From NCBI GenBank assembly GCA_965227515.1, contig CBDDFZ010000002.1, positions 992,001 to 1,056,000 on the forward strand: a stretch of DNA of 64,000 nucleotides, given 5' to 3'. This document shows, one piece after another, positions 32,089 to 41,672 of the stretch (position 1 is the stretch's first letter; every line of letters starts with the position of its first letter). The notes beneath the pieces are model-generated. The model saw nothing but the letters and a program-made list of their open reading frames with translations, was not told where the DNA came from and searched no databases. The position numbers and the translations under genes were made by a program. Origin of the DNA: Alphaproteobacteria bacterium. GTDB lineage: Bacteria > Pseudomonadota > Alphaproteobacteria > CALKHQ01.

Positions 32089-33498
32089 TCAGTCCATCAA
32101 CGCGCGAACGTCGGCCAGCCGTCCGGTCAAGGCGGCAGCGGCGGCCATGGCGGGGCTGACCAGATGGGTGCGCCCGCCGCGGCCCTGCCGGCCCTCGAAA
32201 TTGCGGTTCGACGTGCTGGCGCAGCGCTGCCCCGGTTCCAGCCGGTCGGCGTTCATCGCCAGGCACATGGAACATCCCGGCTCCCGCCATTCGAACCCGG
32301 CCTCGATCAGCACGTCGGCGATGCCTTCGGCCTCCGCCTGCTGCTTGACCAGGCCCGAGCCCGGCACCACCAGGGCGCGCACGCCGCTGGCGACCGAGCG
32401 GCCCTTGGCGACCTCGGCTACCGCGCGCAGGTCCTCAATGCGGCCGTTGGTGCATGAGCCGATGAACACGTGGTCGACCGCGATATCGGTGATCGCCTGT
32501 CCGGCGGTCAGCCCCATATAGGCGAGCGCGCGCTCCATCGCCTCGCGCCGGCCCTCGGTGTCTGCGTCCTCGGGGTCCGGCACGACGCCGTCGATGGGGG
32601 CGACATCCTGCGGGCTGGTGCCCCAGGTCACCTGCGGCGCTATCTCGTGCACGTCGAGCCGCACCTCGCTGTCGTAGGTCGCGCCGGGGTCGGAGGGCAG
32701 GGTCCGCCAATAGGCGACCGCCTGCTCCCACTGTCCGGTCTTCGGCGCCATCGGGCGGCCCTTCAGATATTCGAACGTGGTCTCGTCCGGTGCGATCAGG
32801 CCGGCGCGCGCACCACCCTCGATGGTCATGTTGCAGACCGTCATCCTGCCTTCCATCGACAGGTTGCGAATGGCCTCGCCCGCGTACTCGATGACATGGC
32901 CGGTGCCGCCGGCGGTGCCGATCTTGCCGATAATCGCCAGCACCAGGTCCTTGGCGGTGCAGCCGAGGGGCAGGGCGCCGTCCACCGTGATGCGCATGTT
33001 CTTCAGCGGGCGCTGGATCAGCGTCTGGGTGGCCAGCACGTGCTCCACCTCCGACGTGCCGATGCCGAACGCCAGCGCGCCGAACGCGCCATGGGTGGCG
33101 GTGTGGCTGTCGCCGCACACGATGGTCATGCCCGGCTGGGTGAAGCCCTGCTCCGGCCCGATGATATGGACGATGCCCTGGCGCTCGTCGTCCATGCCGA
33201 AATACGGCACGCCGAAGTCGGCGCAGTTGCGCTCCAGCGTCTCGACCTGGATGCGGCTTTCCTCGTCGCTGATGCCTTGGGCGCGGTCGGTGGTCGGCAC
33301 GTTGTGGTCGGCGACCGCCAGCGTCGCATCGGGACGGCGCACCTTGCGGCCGGCGGCGGAAAGCCCGGCAAAGGCCTGCGGGCTGGTGACCTCGTGCACC
33401 AGGTGGCGGTCGATATAGATCAGGCACGTGCCGTCGTCGCGCCGATGCACCAGGTGCCCGGCCCAGATCTTGTCGAACAATGTTTGCGGTGGTGCCAT
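32089..33498 (-). CDS. leuC: 3-isopropylmalate dehydratase large subunit
   Basis: [45 protein letters not shown]. Confidence 0.97.
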   Translation of the reverse strand: MAPPQTLFDKIWAGHLVHRRDDGTCLIYIDRHLVHEVTSPQAFAGLSAAGRKVRRPDATLAVADHNVPTTDRAQGISDEESRIQVETLERNCADFGVPYFGMDDERQGIVHIIGPEQGFTQPGMTIVCGDSHTATHGAFGALAFGIGTSEVEHVLATQTLIQRPLKNMRITVDGALPLGCTAKDLVLAIIGKIGTAGGTGHVIEYAGEAIRNLSMEGRMTVCNMTIEGGARAGLIAPDETTFEYLKGRPMAPKTGQWEQAVAYWRTLPSDPGATYDSEVRLDVHEIAPQVTWGTSPQDVAPIDGVVPDPEDADTEGRREAMERALAYMGLTAGQAITDIAVDHVFIGSCTNGRIEDLRAVAEVAKGRSVASGVRALVVPGSGLVKQQAEAEGIADVLIEAGFEWREPGCSMCLAMNADRLEPGQRCASTSNRNFEGRQGRGGRTHLVSPAMAAAAALTGRLADVRALMD

Positions 33499-33503
33499 CA
33501 ATG

Positions 33504-33637
33504 CGTCCCTGCCGGTCTTGCCTCAAGGCACGCACACAAGACCGCGCGTCCGCCGCAGACTGGTGGAGTCCGGCGGGCGCCCCCCACGTGGATGCCCAAT
33601 GATCAGGCAGGGACGTTTAGCGCCTCACGTCAGGCGC
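33504..33637 (-). promoter_or_regulatory. structured 5' leader of leuC (candidate cis-regulatory RNA)
   Basis: Perfect 10-bp inverted repeat 33504-33513 / 33606-33615 pairs over the AGGGA RBS and encloses further hairpins. Confidence 0.5.
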
Positions 33638-33699
33638 GGCAAGTGACTCGCCGTTAGGAAAACGAGCGCAAGAACGGTGGCAAGCGGCAGTGCGCCAGG

Positions 33700-34452
33700 C
33701 TATTGCGCCGTGCCGATCAGCGGCTCACGGCCGTAGATGTCGGCATATTGGCGCACCGTGCCGGTCTGGTCCGGGAAGCGCGTGTAGTAGCCCAGCGTGA
33801 CCGGGATGCCGTGGGCCGGCCAGTCGAAGGTGCGGCCGCCATTGGCGTTCTCGTGCACGTCGTCGATGCCGATATTCAGCGCCCAGGCGATCAACTCGTC
33901 CCAACGCTCCACCCGCACGCAGCCGTGCGACAGCGCGCGGTTGTCGCGATTGAACAGGTCGGGCCGGTTGGTGCTGTGCAGATAGATCAGCAGGCCCTCC
34001 TCCAGGCGCAGGGCGGCCAGTCCAAGCGGGTTGTTCGGTCCCGGCGGGCGCGTGTAGTCGCCATATTCGCCGCTGCGGACCATGTCGGGCGTGGGCCGCC
34101 AGGTCGGGCGGAAACGCACCACGGACGTGTAGGTGTTCATCACCGGCGTCGGATTGCGCGGGGAGCCGACGATGACGCGGCTGGTCAGCACCGGTTCGCC
34201 ATCCTCGAACGCGATCAGCTCGTAGCCCGGGATGTTGACCACGATCGCCTTGCCCTCTTGCGGCACGGCGATTGGAATCTGATGGCTGTCCAGCCATTGC
34301 TGGAACTGGGACACCACCGGTTCGGGCGGCGGCGGTGGCGCCGCGGTGGCCGTCTCCTGGTTCAACCGGGCTTCATAGGAAGTCGCATGTTGCGCACAAG
34401 CCGCCAGCGACGCGGCAACGAGTACGGCAACGGCCAGTTTGAGAGCATTCAT
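33700..34452 (-). CDS. L,D-transpeptidase (YkuD family) lipoprotein
   Basis: Lipobox LAAC, VNIPGYEL, RVIVG, PGPNNPLG, YLHST...LSHGCVR catalytic motif. Confidence 0.9.
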   Translation of the reverse strand: MNALKLAVAVLVAASLAACAQHATSYEARLNQETATAAPPPPPEPVVSQFQQWLDSHQIPIAVPQEGKAIVVNIPGYELIAFEDGEPVLTSRVIVGSPRNPTPVMNTYTSVVRFRPTWRPTPDMVRSGEYGDYTRPPGPNNPLGLAALRLEEGLLIYLHSTNRPDLFNRDNRALSHGCVRVERWDELIAWALNIGIDDVHENANGGRTFDWPAHGIPVTLGYYTRFPDQTGTVRQYADIYGREPLIGTAQ

Positions 34453-34675
34453 CGTCTCACCCCGCCAGTCATTGTCCTGCGACGCACCGGGCGGTGCATG
34501 CAGTAAACACACTTCCGCGCGCGGCGTTGCACCGGCGCGTTCGACCCCCGAGGACTCTTTCCCCAGAGTCATTATGTCGCAACATGACGGAAATTCATTA
34601 CCAAACCGCGACCTGCGCGCGCACAGGCGCGTGATTTTGCGCGAGTCGCGGGCTGTCGCTGCGGCCCAGGCACGC

Positions 34676-34698
34676 AAAAAGCCCGGCAAGGCCGGGCT
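34676..34698 (-). terminator. rho-independent terminator of rpsU
   Basis: AGCCCGGC/GCCGGGCT stem followed by a U-tract on the minus strand. Confidence 0.75.
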
Positions 34699-34755
34699 CT
34701 CGCCAACTCGATACTGATAGGCTGCGGCGCGGGCGATACCCGAGCCGCCGGCTAA

Positions 34756-34959
34756 CTAGAAGCCTTCGCGCTCCATGCGCTTGCGGGCCAGCTTGCGCGC
34801 CCGGCGGATCGCTTCCGCCTTCTCGCGCGCCCGGCGCTCGGACGGCTTCTCGTAGTGGCGACGCAGCTTCATCTCGCGAAAGATGCCTTCGCGCTGCATC
34901 TTCTTCTTCAGCGCGCGGAGCGCCTGATCGACATTGTTTTCTCGGACCTGTACGTGCAC
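34756..34959 (-). CDS. rpsU: 30S ribosomal protein S21
   Basis: [27 protein letters not shown]; GTG start gives 67 aa. Confidence 0.96.
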   Translation of the reverse strand: MHVQVRENNVDQALRALKKKMQREGIFREMKLRRHYEKPSERRAREKAEAIRRARKLARKRMEREGF

Positions 34960-35224
34960 GTTCTCGTCACCTGCCATCAAACGAAATTAACCGCACACGT
35001 CGCATCCCTGCCACGTGCCGGTCGCAAATTCGGTTACATTCCGCTTGCCGCGTCGCTGCGGCAACATGGGGGACATAACACAGGGTAATCGTTGAAGCCA
35101 AGCTAATTGGCGATTGCGCCGTGAATGCGGCGCGCGGCGGTGTGCCCTCAATTTCCCGCCAATTTCCCGCGCGAACAGGCGCGCCAGGCTTTACGCGCGC
35201 CGGACCCATGCACATATTGCCGGA

Positions 35225-35794
35225 ATGGCCATTCTCAAGATCGCCCGCATGGGCCACCCCGTGCTGCAGGCGCGCGCCGCGCCGGTCGACGACCCGACCG
35301 CGCCCGACATTCGGCGCCTGATCGCCGACATGGTCGAAACCATGCATGACGCCGACGGTGCCGGGCTGGCCGCGCCACAGGTGCATGTCAGCCGACGCGT
35401 GGTGGTGTTCGAATCGCCACGCGCCCGCGACCCGGACAACGCCCAGGCACTGACGGTGCTGATCAATCCGGTCATCGAGCCGCTGACCGACGAGACCGAT
35501 CTGGGCTGGGAGGGCTGCCTGTCGGTCCCCGGCATGATGGGCCTGGTGCCCCGTGTGACCCGCATCCGCTATCGCGCCCACGACCACCAGGGCAATCTTG
35601 TCGAGCGCGAGGCCGAGGGCTTCCACGCCCGTGTCGTACAGCACGAGTGCGACCATCTGGACGGCATTCTCTACCCCATGCGGATGACCGATATGTCGAA
35701 GTTCGGCTTCGTGGAGGAAATCCAGCGCGGCATCGCGGCGGAGGAGAAGGCGGCAGCGCAGACCGGACAACCGGAAATGGAGCTGGCGGAATGA
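35225..35794 (+). CDS. def: peptide deformylase
   Basis: GLAAPQ, EGCLS, QHECDHLDG motifs. Confidence 0.95.
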   Translation: MAILKIARMGHPVLQARAAPVDDPTAPDIRRLIADMVETMHDADGAGLAAPQVHVSRRVVVFESPRARDPDNAQALTVLINPVIEPLTDETDLGWEGCLSVPGMMGLVPRVTRIRYRAHDHQGNLVEREAEGFHARVVQHECDHLDGILYPMRMTDMSKFGFVEEIQRGIAAEEKAAAQTGQPEMELAE

Positions 35795-36468
35795 GCGACC
35801 CGATCATGGCCGACCGCGACACCATCGTCGAAGCGATGCTGGCCGACGTGCCGTTCGACGGTTGGACCCTGGCGGTGGCGGACCGGGCGGCGCAGAACGC
35901 CGGCTTGCCGGCGGGCCGCGCGCGCGAGGTGTTCGGCGGCAGCGCGGTGCATCTGGTGCTGCACTACTGCGACATGGCCGACCGGCGGATGGTGGCGGCG
36001 CTGGCGGAGGCCGGGCTCGACACCATGAAGATCCGCGAGCGGATCGCGACGGCAGTCCGCATCCGGCTGGAAAATCACGCCGACGAGCGCGAGTGCGTCC
36101 GCCGCGCCCTGGCGGTGCTGGCGATGCCGATGAACACGCCCTATGCCATCCGCTCGCTCTATCGCACGGTCGACGCCATGTGGCGGGCGGCGGGCGATAC
36201 CTCCACCGACTTCAATTTCTACACCAAGCGGGCGTCGCTGGGCTGGGTCTACAGCACGACCCTGATGCACTGGCTGAACGACGGGTCGGAGGACCTGGCC
36301 AGCACCTGGGCGTTTCTGGATCGCCGGATTGCCGACGTGATGCGGATTCCGCAATGGCGCGGCAACATAAAGCGCGCATTCTCGATGGCGCCGAACCCTT
36401 GGCACGCCGTGCGAGCAGCGCGGACCGCGGCGCGCAATTCGGGCTTTCGCCGCCGCCCGATGGTGTAA
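35791..36468 (+). CDS. COQ9 family protein
   Basis: VPFDGW, KIRERI, GDTSTDFNFYTKR, FLDRRI; classic rpsU-divergent position. Confidence 0.9.
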   Translation: MSDPIMADRDTIVEAMLADVPFDGWTLAVADRAAQNAGLPAGRAREVFGGSAVHLVLHYCDMADRRMVAALAEAGLDTMKIRERIATAVRIRLENHADERECVRRALAVLAMPMNTPYAIRSLYRTVDAMWRAAGDTSTDFNFYTKRASLGWVYSTTLMHWLNDGSEDLASTWAFLDRRIADVMRIPQWRGNIKRAFSMAPNPWHAVRAARTAARNSGFRRRPMV

Positions 36469-36521
36469 ATCACAATGACCTGGTGACTACGATGGCTGCC
36501 TGATGTGGCCATGCATCCGGC

Positions 36522-37730
36522 TCAGTAGTCCAGATCCTCCAAGACGTCTTCCAGACTCCGCCACGGATTAGTGGCATCGCCGGCCAGTTCTCGACCGTAC
36601 GCAAAGAGCCAGGCCGCAATCACCGGATCGAACAGGGCAGCCGTATCGGCATTTTCGGGCGGGTCGCCAATACCGTCTCCAGTAGCCACCCTTACATTCC
36701 AGGTCCGATCCCGCGCGTAGAGCAGTGTTCGATACAGCGATTGTCGTAGTCCTTCGTTAAGAACGATCGATACAGTGCGGCCAGCCACTTGCAGCAAACC
36801 GTTCTCAACTTCATCCGATTTGAACCCGAGAGTGCCATTTACGATCATGTAAACATCGGTGTCGGCCAGAAATGCTGTGCGAGTGCTCTCCGCCGGTATT
36901 CGTAAAGCTAGTCTCTGCACAGCCTCGTCGAAGCCCGCGAGAAATATATGCTGGCGGGCGCCGCCGTCGACGTAGATCCCTTGATCGAAAAATCTCGGCG
37001 GAAATGCGACAGGGATGGCAGCGGACGCCATAACAGCCTCCGTTATGCACCTTCGTCGATCTTCGATGTCCACGTCCCACCGGCTGGCAATCCAGGTCAA
37101 ATTGAACGGCTGAAACACGCCGGACTTCAAGTCCGTAGCGCCGACCAAGAGCACCCTGCCGTTGTCGGCTGCGTCGCCAATCGCGCGGACAATTTCGGGC
37201 GAAATGACCTCGTACATGCGCTCGGCAAGCGGGGCGGTGTCGAGCAATGAATTACTGTACAGCAGGGACAGGCCCCGGCTGTCGTAGATGTCGTCCGGTG
37301 ACACCGAGCCCAGGTTCGCCTTCAGCACGTGGTCGTAGTCGGAGCCGAGGAATGCAAGAGGCGCGAGCACGGCACCCGCGCTGACGCCTGTCACTACATT
37401 CAGGTCAATGGGGCGAGGTGTTTGCGATGGCGGGCGGGCACTCCACCCATTCAGGAATCCGGCACCGAAAGAAACCCATTGGCCACCTGCCGACATGGCC
37501 AGATAGGTCAAGGGCTCCCCGGCTTCGGGGCTCGCGGACCGGAGCATCGCCTCGGCAATAGCGTTTGCCACAACGTCAATACTTCGCGCATCCGCCTGTT
37601 GCTGGGACAGCGCCAGTTCGGCTGTCGTGAGACCGCCGGGCTGCCCTTCAAAGCATGATATGGAAGGAGGCGGCGTCGACGTACATGCAGTCAATAGGGC
37701 CAGGGGAAGCAGTATTGTGCGACCAAACAT
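36522..37730 (-). CDS. patatin-like phospholipase family lipoprotein
   Basis: Lipobox LTAC, SAGG..FGAG, GVSAG nucleophile, ASAAIP..FPP, VDGG; codon usage less GC-biased than neighbours. Confidence 0.85.
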   Translation of the reverse strand: MFGRTILLPLALLTACTSTPPPSISCFEGQPGGLTTAELALSQQQADARSIDVVANAIAEAMLRSASPEAGEPLTYLAMSAGGQWVSFGAGFLNGWSARPPSQTPRPIDLNVVTGVSAGAVLAPLAFLGSDYDHVLKANLGSVSPDDIYDSRGLSLLYSNSLLDTAPLAERMYEVISPEIVRAIGDAADNGRVLLVGATDLKSGVFQPFNLTWIASRWDVDIEDRRRCITEAVMASAAIPVAFPPRFFDQGIYVDGGARQHIFLAGFDEAVQRLALRIPAESTRTAFLADTDVYMIVNGTLGFKSDEVENGLLQVAGRTVSIVLNEGLRQSLYRTLLYARDRTWNVRVATGDGIGDPPENADTAALFDPVIAAWLFAYGRELAGDATNPWRSLEDVLEDLDY

Positions 37731-37963
37731 ATCGGAGCCAACGATCGACAAAAGAATAGGACCGTCATATTGCCGAATGGCCGTGTGGTCAATCAATCAG
37801 TAGATTCAATCTATAGCCCATCCAGCTTGGCCCCCGTGACGCCTGTGCGAGAAGCGCTAGAAACGCACGGACGTTACGGGGACCAGCCGGAGGCAACCTG
37901 GCAATCTAGTGTCGGCCAGCGCCGGGGCTGAGGGGCCAGCGCTGGCCGTAGTCGGTTAGGCGA

Positions 37964-38155
37964 TCAGGCGCCGGAGCCGGTACCGCTGCCGGTGGACGCG
38001 TTGTTGATCTCGGTGGAGACGGTGTTGAACATGGTCTCCAGGCTGTCGCCCATGGTCGACAGCGCGGTGATGGCGGCGACCGACACCAGGGCGGCGATCA
38101 GGCCGTACTCGATTGCGGTTGCGCCGTCTTCTTCGGTCCAGAACTTCTTCCACAT
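37964..38155 (-). CDS. Flp family type IVb pilin (paralog 1)
   Basis: EDG/ATAIEYGLIAALV prepilin motif, 63 aa, GGAGG RBS. Confidence 0.93.
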   Translation of the reverse strand: MWKKFWTEEDGATAIEYGLIAALVSVAAITALSTMGDSLETMFNTVSTEINNASTGSGTGSGA

Positions 38156-38267
38156 GGTCTTGCCTCCGTCCATGTACCTGGCAGGTGCCAGGGTGTTTTG
38201 CATGTCTTCGAGGTTTGTCTCGTCCTCGCAAAACAAATGTACCAAATCCGGGGCAGATTTTCCAGAC

Positions 38268-38317
38268 ATTCTATGTATCGAAATGTAAGAGACAATTTGT
38301 AATTAAGATAACATCAA
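38268..38317 (-). promoter_or_regulatory. putative pilin promoter with near-consensus CtrA box
   Basis: Minus-strand TAGAAT (38268-38273) in a block conserved in both repeats; TTAA-N7-TCAA at 38303-38317 in an AT-rich tract. Confidence 0.45.
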
Positions 38318-38444
38318 ATCAATTAACAAATAACGTTTGTACGATTTTTATATGAAATCTTGTGAGGTTGAGAGCAAGTGCCGAATGAGTGTCAGCGGGG
38401 TACGGTGCAGGATCGGCGGAACGCCGTTGGCGAGGGAGAAGGGA

Positions 38445-39110
38445 ATGGCGCAACCGGAGTTCTGGGTGTCGGTGGGCAGCACCTACAGCTACCTGACGGT
38501 GTCGCGCCTGCCGCAGATCGAGCGCGCGACCGGCGTGTCGTTCGACTGGCGGCCGTTCAGCGTGCGCGAGATCATGCTGGAAATGGACAACATCCCGTTC
38601 GCCAAGAAGCCGGTGAAGGCCGCCTATATGTGGCGCGACATCGAGCGGCGCGCGTCGATGTACGGGCTGCACCCGACGTTGCCGGCGCCGTATCCATTGC
38701 AAGAGTTCGATCTGGCGAACCGGGTTGCCGTGCTGGCCCGCGAGCAAGGCTGGTGCCGCGACTATGTGGTCGAGACCTACAGGCGCTGGTTCGAGCATGG
38801 CGAGCCTGCGGGTGGCCCGGACAACCTGGCCGCGACGGCGGCGGCGTGCGGCCAAGACCTCGAGCAGCTACTTGATGAGGCCAACTCCGACCGCATCGCT
38901 GCGGCCTACAAGGCCGCGACCGCGGAGGCGCGCGAGCGCGGCATCTTCGGCGCGCCGAGCTTCGTTTTCGACGGCGAGCTGTTCTGGGGCGACGACCGCC
39001 TGGACGACGCGCTGGCATGGCAGGCACGGGGCGCGGCGCCGACTTCCCCTCTCCCATCCGCAAGATGGGAGAGGGAGGGACCCGGCCGGCGAAGCCGGTT
39101 GGGAGGGTGA
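38445..39110 (+). CDS. 2-hydroxychromene-2-carboxylate isomerase / DsbA family protein
   Basis: SVGSTYSYL, YMWRDIERRA, GIFGAPSF..GELFWGDDRL. Confidence 0.88.
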   Translation: MAQPEFWVSVGSTYSYLTVSRLPQIERATGVSFDWRPFSVREIMLEMDNIPFAKKPVKAAYMWRDIERRASMYGLHPTLPAPYPLQEFDLANRVAVLAREQGWCRDYVVETYRRWFEHGEPAGGPDNLAATAAACGQDLEQLLDEANSDRIAAAYKAATAEARERGIFGAPSFVFDGELFWGDDRLDDALAWQARGAAPTSPLPSARWEREGPGRRSRLGG

Positions 39111-39271
39111 GGGTAGGCGCGGCATCTGGAACCGCACGGCATTCCGTCGAGGGCGCGGGATATTCGAGCCGCTGTCTGGCCAGACTGTATCGCGGCTTCG
39201 CCACGGCCCTCACCCTCCCGGCGCTTGACGCGCCGGGCCCCTCCCTCTCCCGCGATTGTCGCGGGAGAGGG
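39046..39271. repeat. alphaproteobacterial palindromic interspersed element (RIME/CIR-like)
   Basis: Arms CCCTCTCCC..GGGAGAGGG..GGGAGGGTGAGGG and CCCTCACCCTCCC..CCCTCTCCC..GGGAGAGGG in inverted orientation. Confidence 0.8.
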
Positions 39272-39298
39272 TCAGTCTGGCGGCGCGCGGCATGCCAC

Positions 39299-39643
39299 TT
39301 AGTGCGTCTGGGGCTTGCGAACGGTCCAATTTGCTATAAAATCAGGATCAATGACCACTTCTCCAGTGGAACGCAGACGGTACTCACCTGGGGCCGCCGG
39401 TTCAATCGACCGAGTGTCCGGGGGAAGCCTGAAGTCCTCATTCGCACGTGACCCTTCGAGGGTCAGATGAATGCCGTCTTGCCGATTTGCACGCGTAACC
39501 CGCCCGGAACACTGGGTCTGGGCCAACAGGCGGCCGTCGGCAGCGAATGTAGTAATGCCCACCAACATGATTTTGCCAACAAGACGTTCGGCCAGGCCTG
39601 AATCCCAGACGTCTGAAGGCGGTCTCTCATCGGCTGGTGTCAT
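39299..39643 (-). CDS. hypothetical protein
   Basis: 114 aa ORF with AGGA RBS; LPPD..PAAPGEYRLRSTGEVV.DPD motif; less GC-rich than core genes. Confidence 0.7.
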   Translation of the reverse strand: MTPADERPPSDVWDSGLAERLVGKIMLVGITTFAADGRLLAQTQCSGRVTRANRQDGIHLTLEGSRANEDFRLPPDTRSIEPAAPGEYRLRSTGEVVIDPDFIANWTVRKPQTH

Positions 39644-39708
39644 TTGGCATCCTCGCGCGCCGGTCTAGGATGACAAAGGTGGGTGAGCGTGCCTGGGAAA
39701 TCCGGCCT

Positions 39709-40770
39709 CTATGCCAGGTCGCCGTATTCCTTGATGTGCTCCGGGATCCGCTCGTTGGTGCCGTACATGAAGTGGTTCGACATGTTCTCCGAGTAGCGGC
39801 TGGCGGCCGGATGCAGGCCCACCGCCTCGGCGACCTGGCGGATCAGCATTGGCGAGGCGCCGCAGCACACGCCCAGATAGTTGATGCCGAGGTCGTAGGC
39901 TTCCTTGGCGAACGCGCCGACCTCGTAGCGGTTCATGTAGAGCGGATCGAGCGCGGTCGGGAACGTGCGGCCGTGCGGCGAAGGGCAGGTGCAGCCGTGA
40001 TTGTCCGACAGGTTGAAGAAGGTCGGCTCGTCCTCGGTGGTGCGGTAGGGGATCGGCAGCGCGCCGACATGGCATGACACCGCGGCCCTGATCTCCTTCA
40101 GGTACGGCATCATCGTGCCGGGCCCGCGGAAGCAGTTCATGCCGACCACGTCGGCGCCGCGCTGCTCCAGTTCCTTGCAGGTATCGATCACCGACACCTC
40201 GTCGCGCATCACGTTCTCGCCCATCGGCGCGATGGTCAGCACGCACGGCAGCCCGGACTTCTTCATCACGTCAAGCGCGCAATAGGCCTCGCCAGCGTAA
40301 TAGAAGGTCTCGCCGACCAGCATGTCGACGCCTTCCTCCACCGCCCAGCCGATCATTTCCTCGAACATGCCGCGCACGGCGTGCTGGGCCTGGGTGTCGA
40401 CCGGGTGCCAGATGTTGGTGTTGGAGATGTTGCCGGCGACCAGGTTCGGCTCGCCGTCGCCCACATCCTCGGCGACCTTCTTCGCGATCCGGAGGGCGGA
40501 GCGGTTCAGCGGCTCCAGCAATTCTTCCTTGCCGATGACCCGCATCTTCTCGCGGTGGCCGTTGTAGGTGAACGCTTCCACCACGTCGGAGCCGGCGTGC
40601 TGGAAATCACGGTGCAGGTTTTCCAGCGCCTCGGGATGTTCCAGCGCCACTTCCGGCACGAATTCGCCGGCGGTCAGATAACCGCGGCGCTCAAGCTCGA
40701 ACAGGAACCCTTCCGCGCAAATAACCGGACCCTGGTTCAGCCGGGTTACCAGATCACGTTTCGTCGCCAC
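39709..40770 (-). CDS. homocysteine S-methyltransferase family protein (betaine-homocysteine methyltransferase-like)
   Basis: AEGFLFELERRGY, AGSDV, GMNC..GP, GVCCG Zn ligands; GTG start with GGAGG RBS. Confidence 0.88.
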   Translation of the reverse strand: MATKRDLVTRLNQGPVICAEGFLFELERRGYLTAGEFVPEVALEHPEALENLHRDFQHAGSDVVEAFTYNGHREKMRVIGKEELLEPLNRSALRIAKKVAEDVGDGEPNLVAGNISNTNIWHPVDTQAQHAVRGMFEEMIGWAVEEGVDMLVGETFYYAGEAYCALDVMKKSGLPCVLTIAPMGENVMRDEVSVIDTCKELEQRGADVVGMNCFRGPGTMMPYLKEIRAAVSCHVGALPIPYRTTEDEPTFFNLSDNHGCTCPSPHGRTFPTALDPLYMNRYEVGAFAKEAYDLGINYLGVCCGASPMLIRQVAEAVGLHPAASRYSENMSNHFMYGTNERIPEHIKEYGDLA

Positions 40771-40915
40771 CTTCGCCTCCCACCATGACGTGCGGCTGGG
40801 CCTCTGCCCACCGCCATATCGTAACGCGGAGGTCTTATCCGTGACGCGTGCCGATTTACAACAATGAAATTTGAGATCGAGGGAGGGCGGCTCTGCGGGC
40901 GCTTCGCCGGATTGG

Positions 40916-41475
40916 GCCCATCCAGCCTGGTCCCCGTGGCAACCGCGCGAGAAGCGCTTGGATCGCACAGTCGTATCGGGGACCAGCCGGAGGCAACTTG
41001 AACACATGCGGCCAGCGCCGGGACTGGGGGTCCAACGCTGGCCGTCGTCTGCTGGGTAACTAGGCGCCGGAGCCGGTGCCGGTTCCGCTGCCGGAGGTCG
41101 CGTTGCTGACCTCGGTCGAAACGGTCGAGAACATGGTCTCCAGGCTGTCGCCCATGGTGGTCAGGGCGCCGATGGCGGCGACGGAGACCAGGGCGGCGAT
41201 CAGGCCATACTCGATTGCGGTTGCACCGTCTTCTTCAGTCCAGAACTTCTTCCACATGGCTTTGCCTCCGTCCATGTACCTGGCCATGTACCTGGGCATG
41301 TGCCAGGGTGTTTCGCATGTCATCGAGGTTTGTCTCGACCTCGCAAAACAAATATGGCAAAACCGAACGTCATTCGCTAGGAATTCTATGTATTGAAATG
41401 TAAGAAACAGATTGTATTTGAGGCAAGGGTAAATAAAGTCGTAAACAAAATTGCTGCGATTTTTATGAGAAATCT
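40916..41475. repeat. direct repeat copy 2 of the pilin transcription unit
   Basis: Homologous to 37816-38360; has an extra 12-bp tandem duplication CCATGTACCTGG at 41272-41295. Confidence 0.9.
41060..41257 (-). CDS. Flp family type IVb pilin (paralog 2)
   Basis: Same EDG/ATAIEYGLIAALV motif, 65 aa, differs from paralog 1 in the C-terminal half. Confidence 0.93.
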   Translation of the reverse strand: MWKKFWTEEDGATAIEYGLIAALVSVAAIGALTTMGDSLETMFSTVSTEVSNATSGSGTGTGSGA

Positions 41476-41672
41476 GGAGAGTCGGCGTGGCGGGTAGGTT
41501 CAGCGTCATTGCGAGGAACTTCGGCTCGGCACGACCCGGATCGTCGCTTGGCAATCCCGGCTAAAATACCGACAGTCAACCTGCGACCGAGAGGTGGCTT
41601 TTGAACGACATTGCTGTCATCGTCGTTCAGCCAGCCTTGGCCCGCTATAACCACAGTCACTGGAACGCACCT

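Larger units (their letters stand above)
37816..38360. repeat. direct repeat copy 1 of a ~550-bp pilin transcription unit
   Basis: Aligns by eye with 40916-41475 across promoter, 5' UTR, pilin CDS and 3' hairpins. Confidence 0.9.

Noticed and set aside
33625-33690. Leu-rich frame (LPLATVLALVFLTASHLPRLT) upstream of leuC as an attenuator peptide; TCAC-N14-GTGA as a SAM-SAH riboswitch
   Set aside because: The frame has no ATG or RBS and simply continues past the upstream stop; the loop lacks the AACGGCUUC core of SAM-SAH.
40771-40915. SAM riboswitch expected upstream of the BHMT-like gene
   Set aside because: No SAM-II, SAM-V or SAM-SAH consensus could be read on the minus strand.
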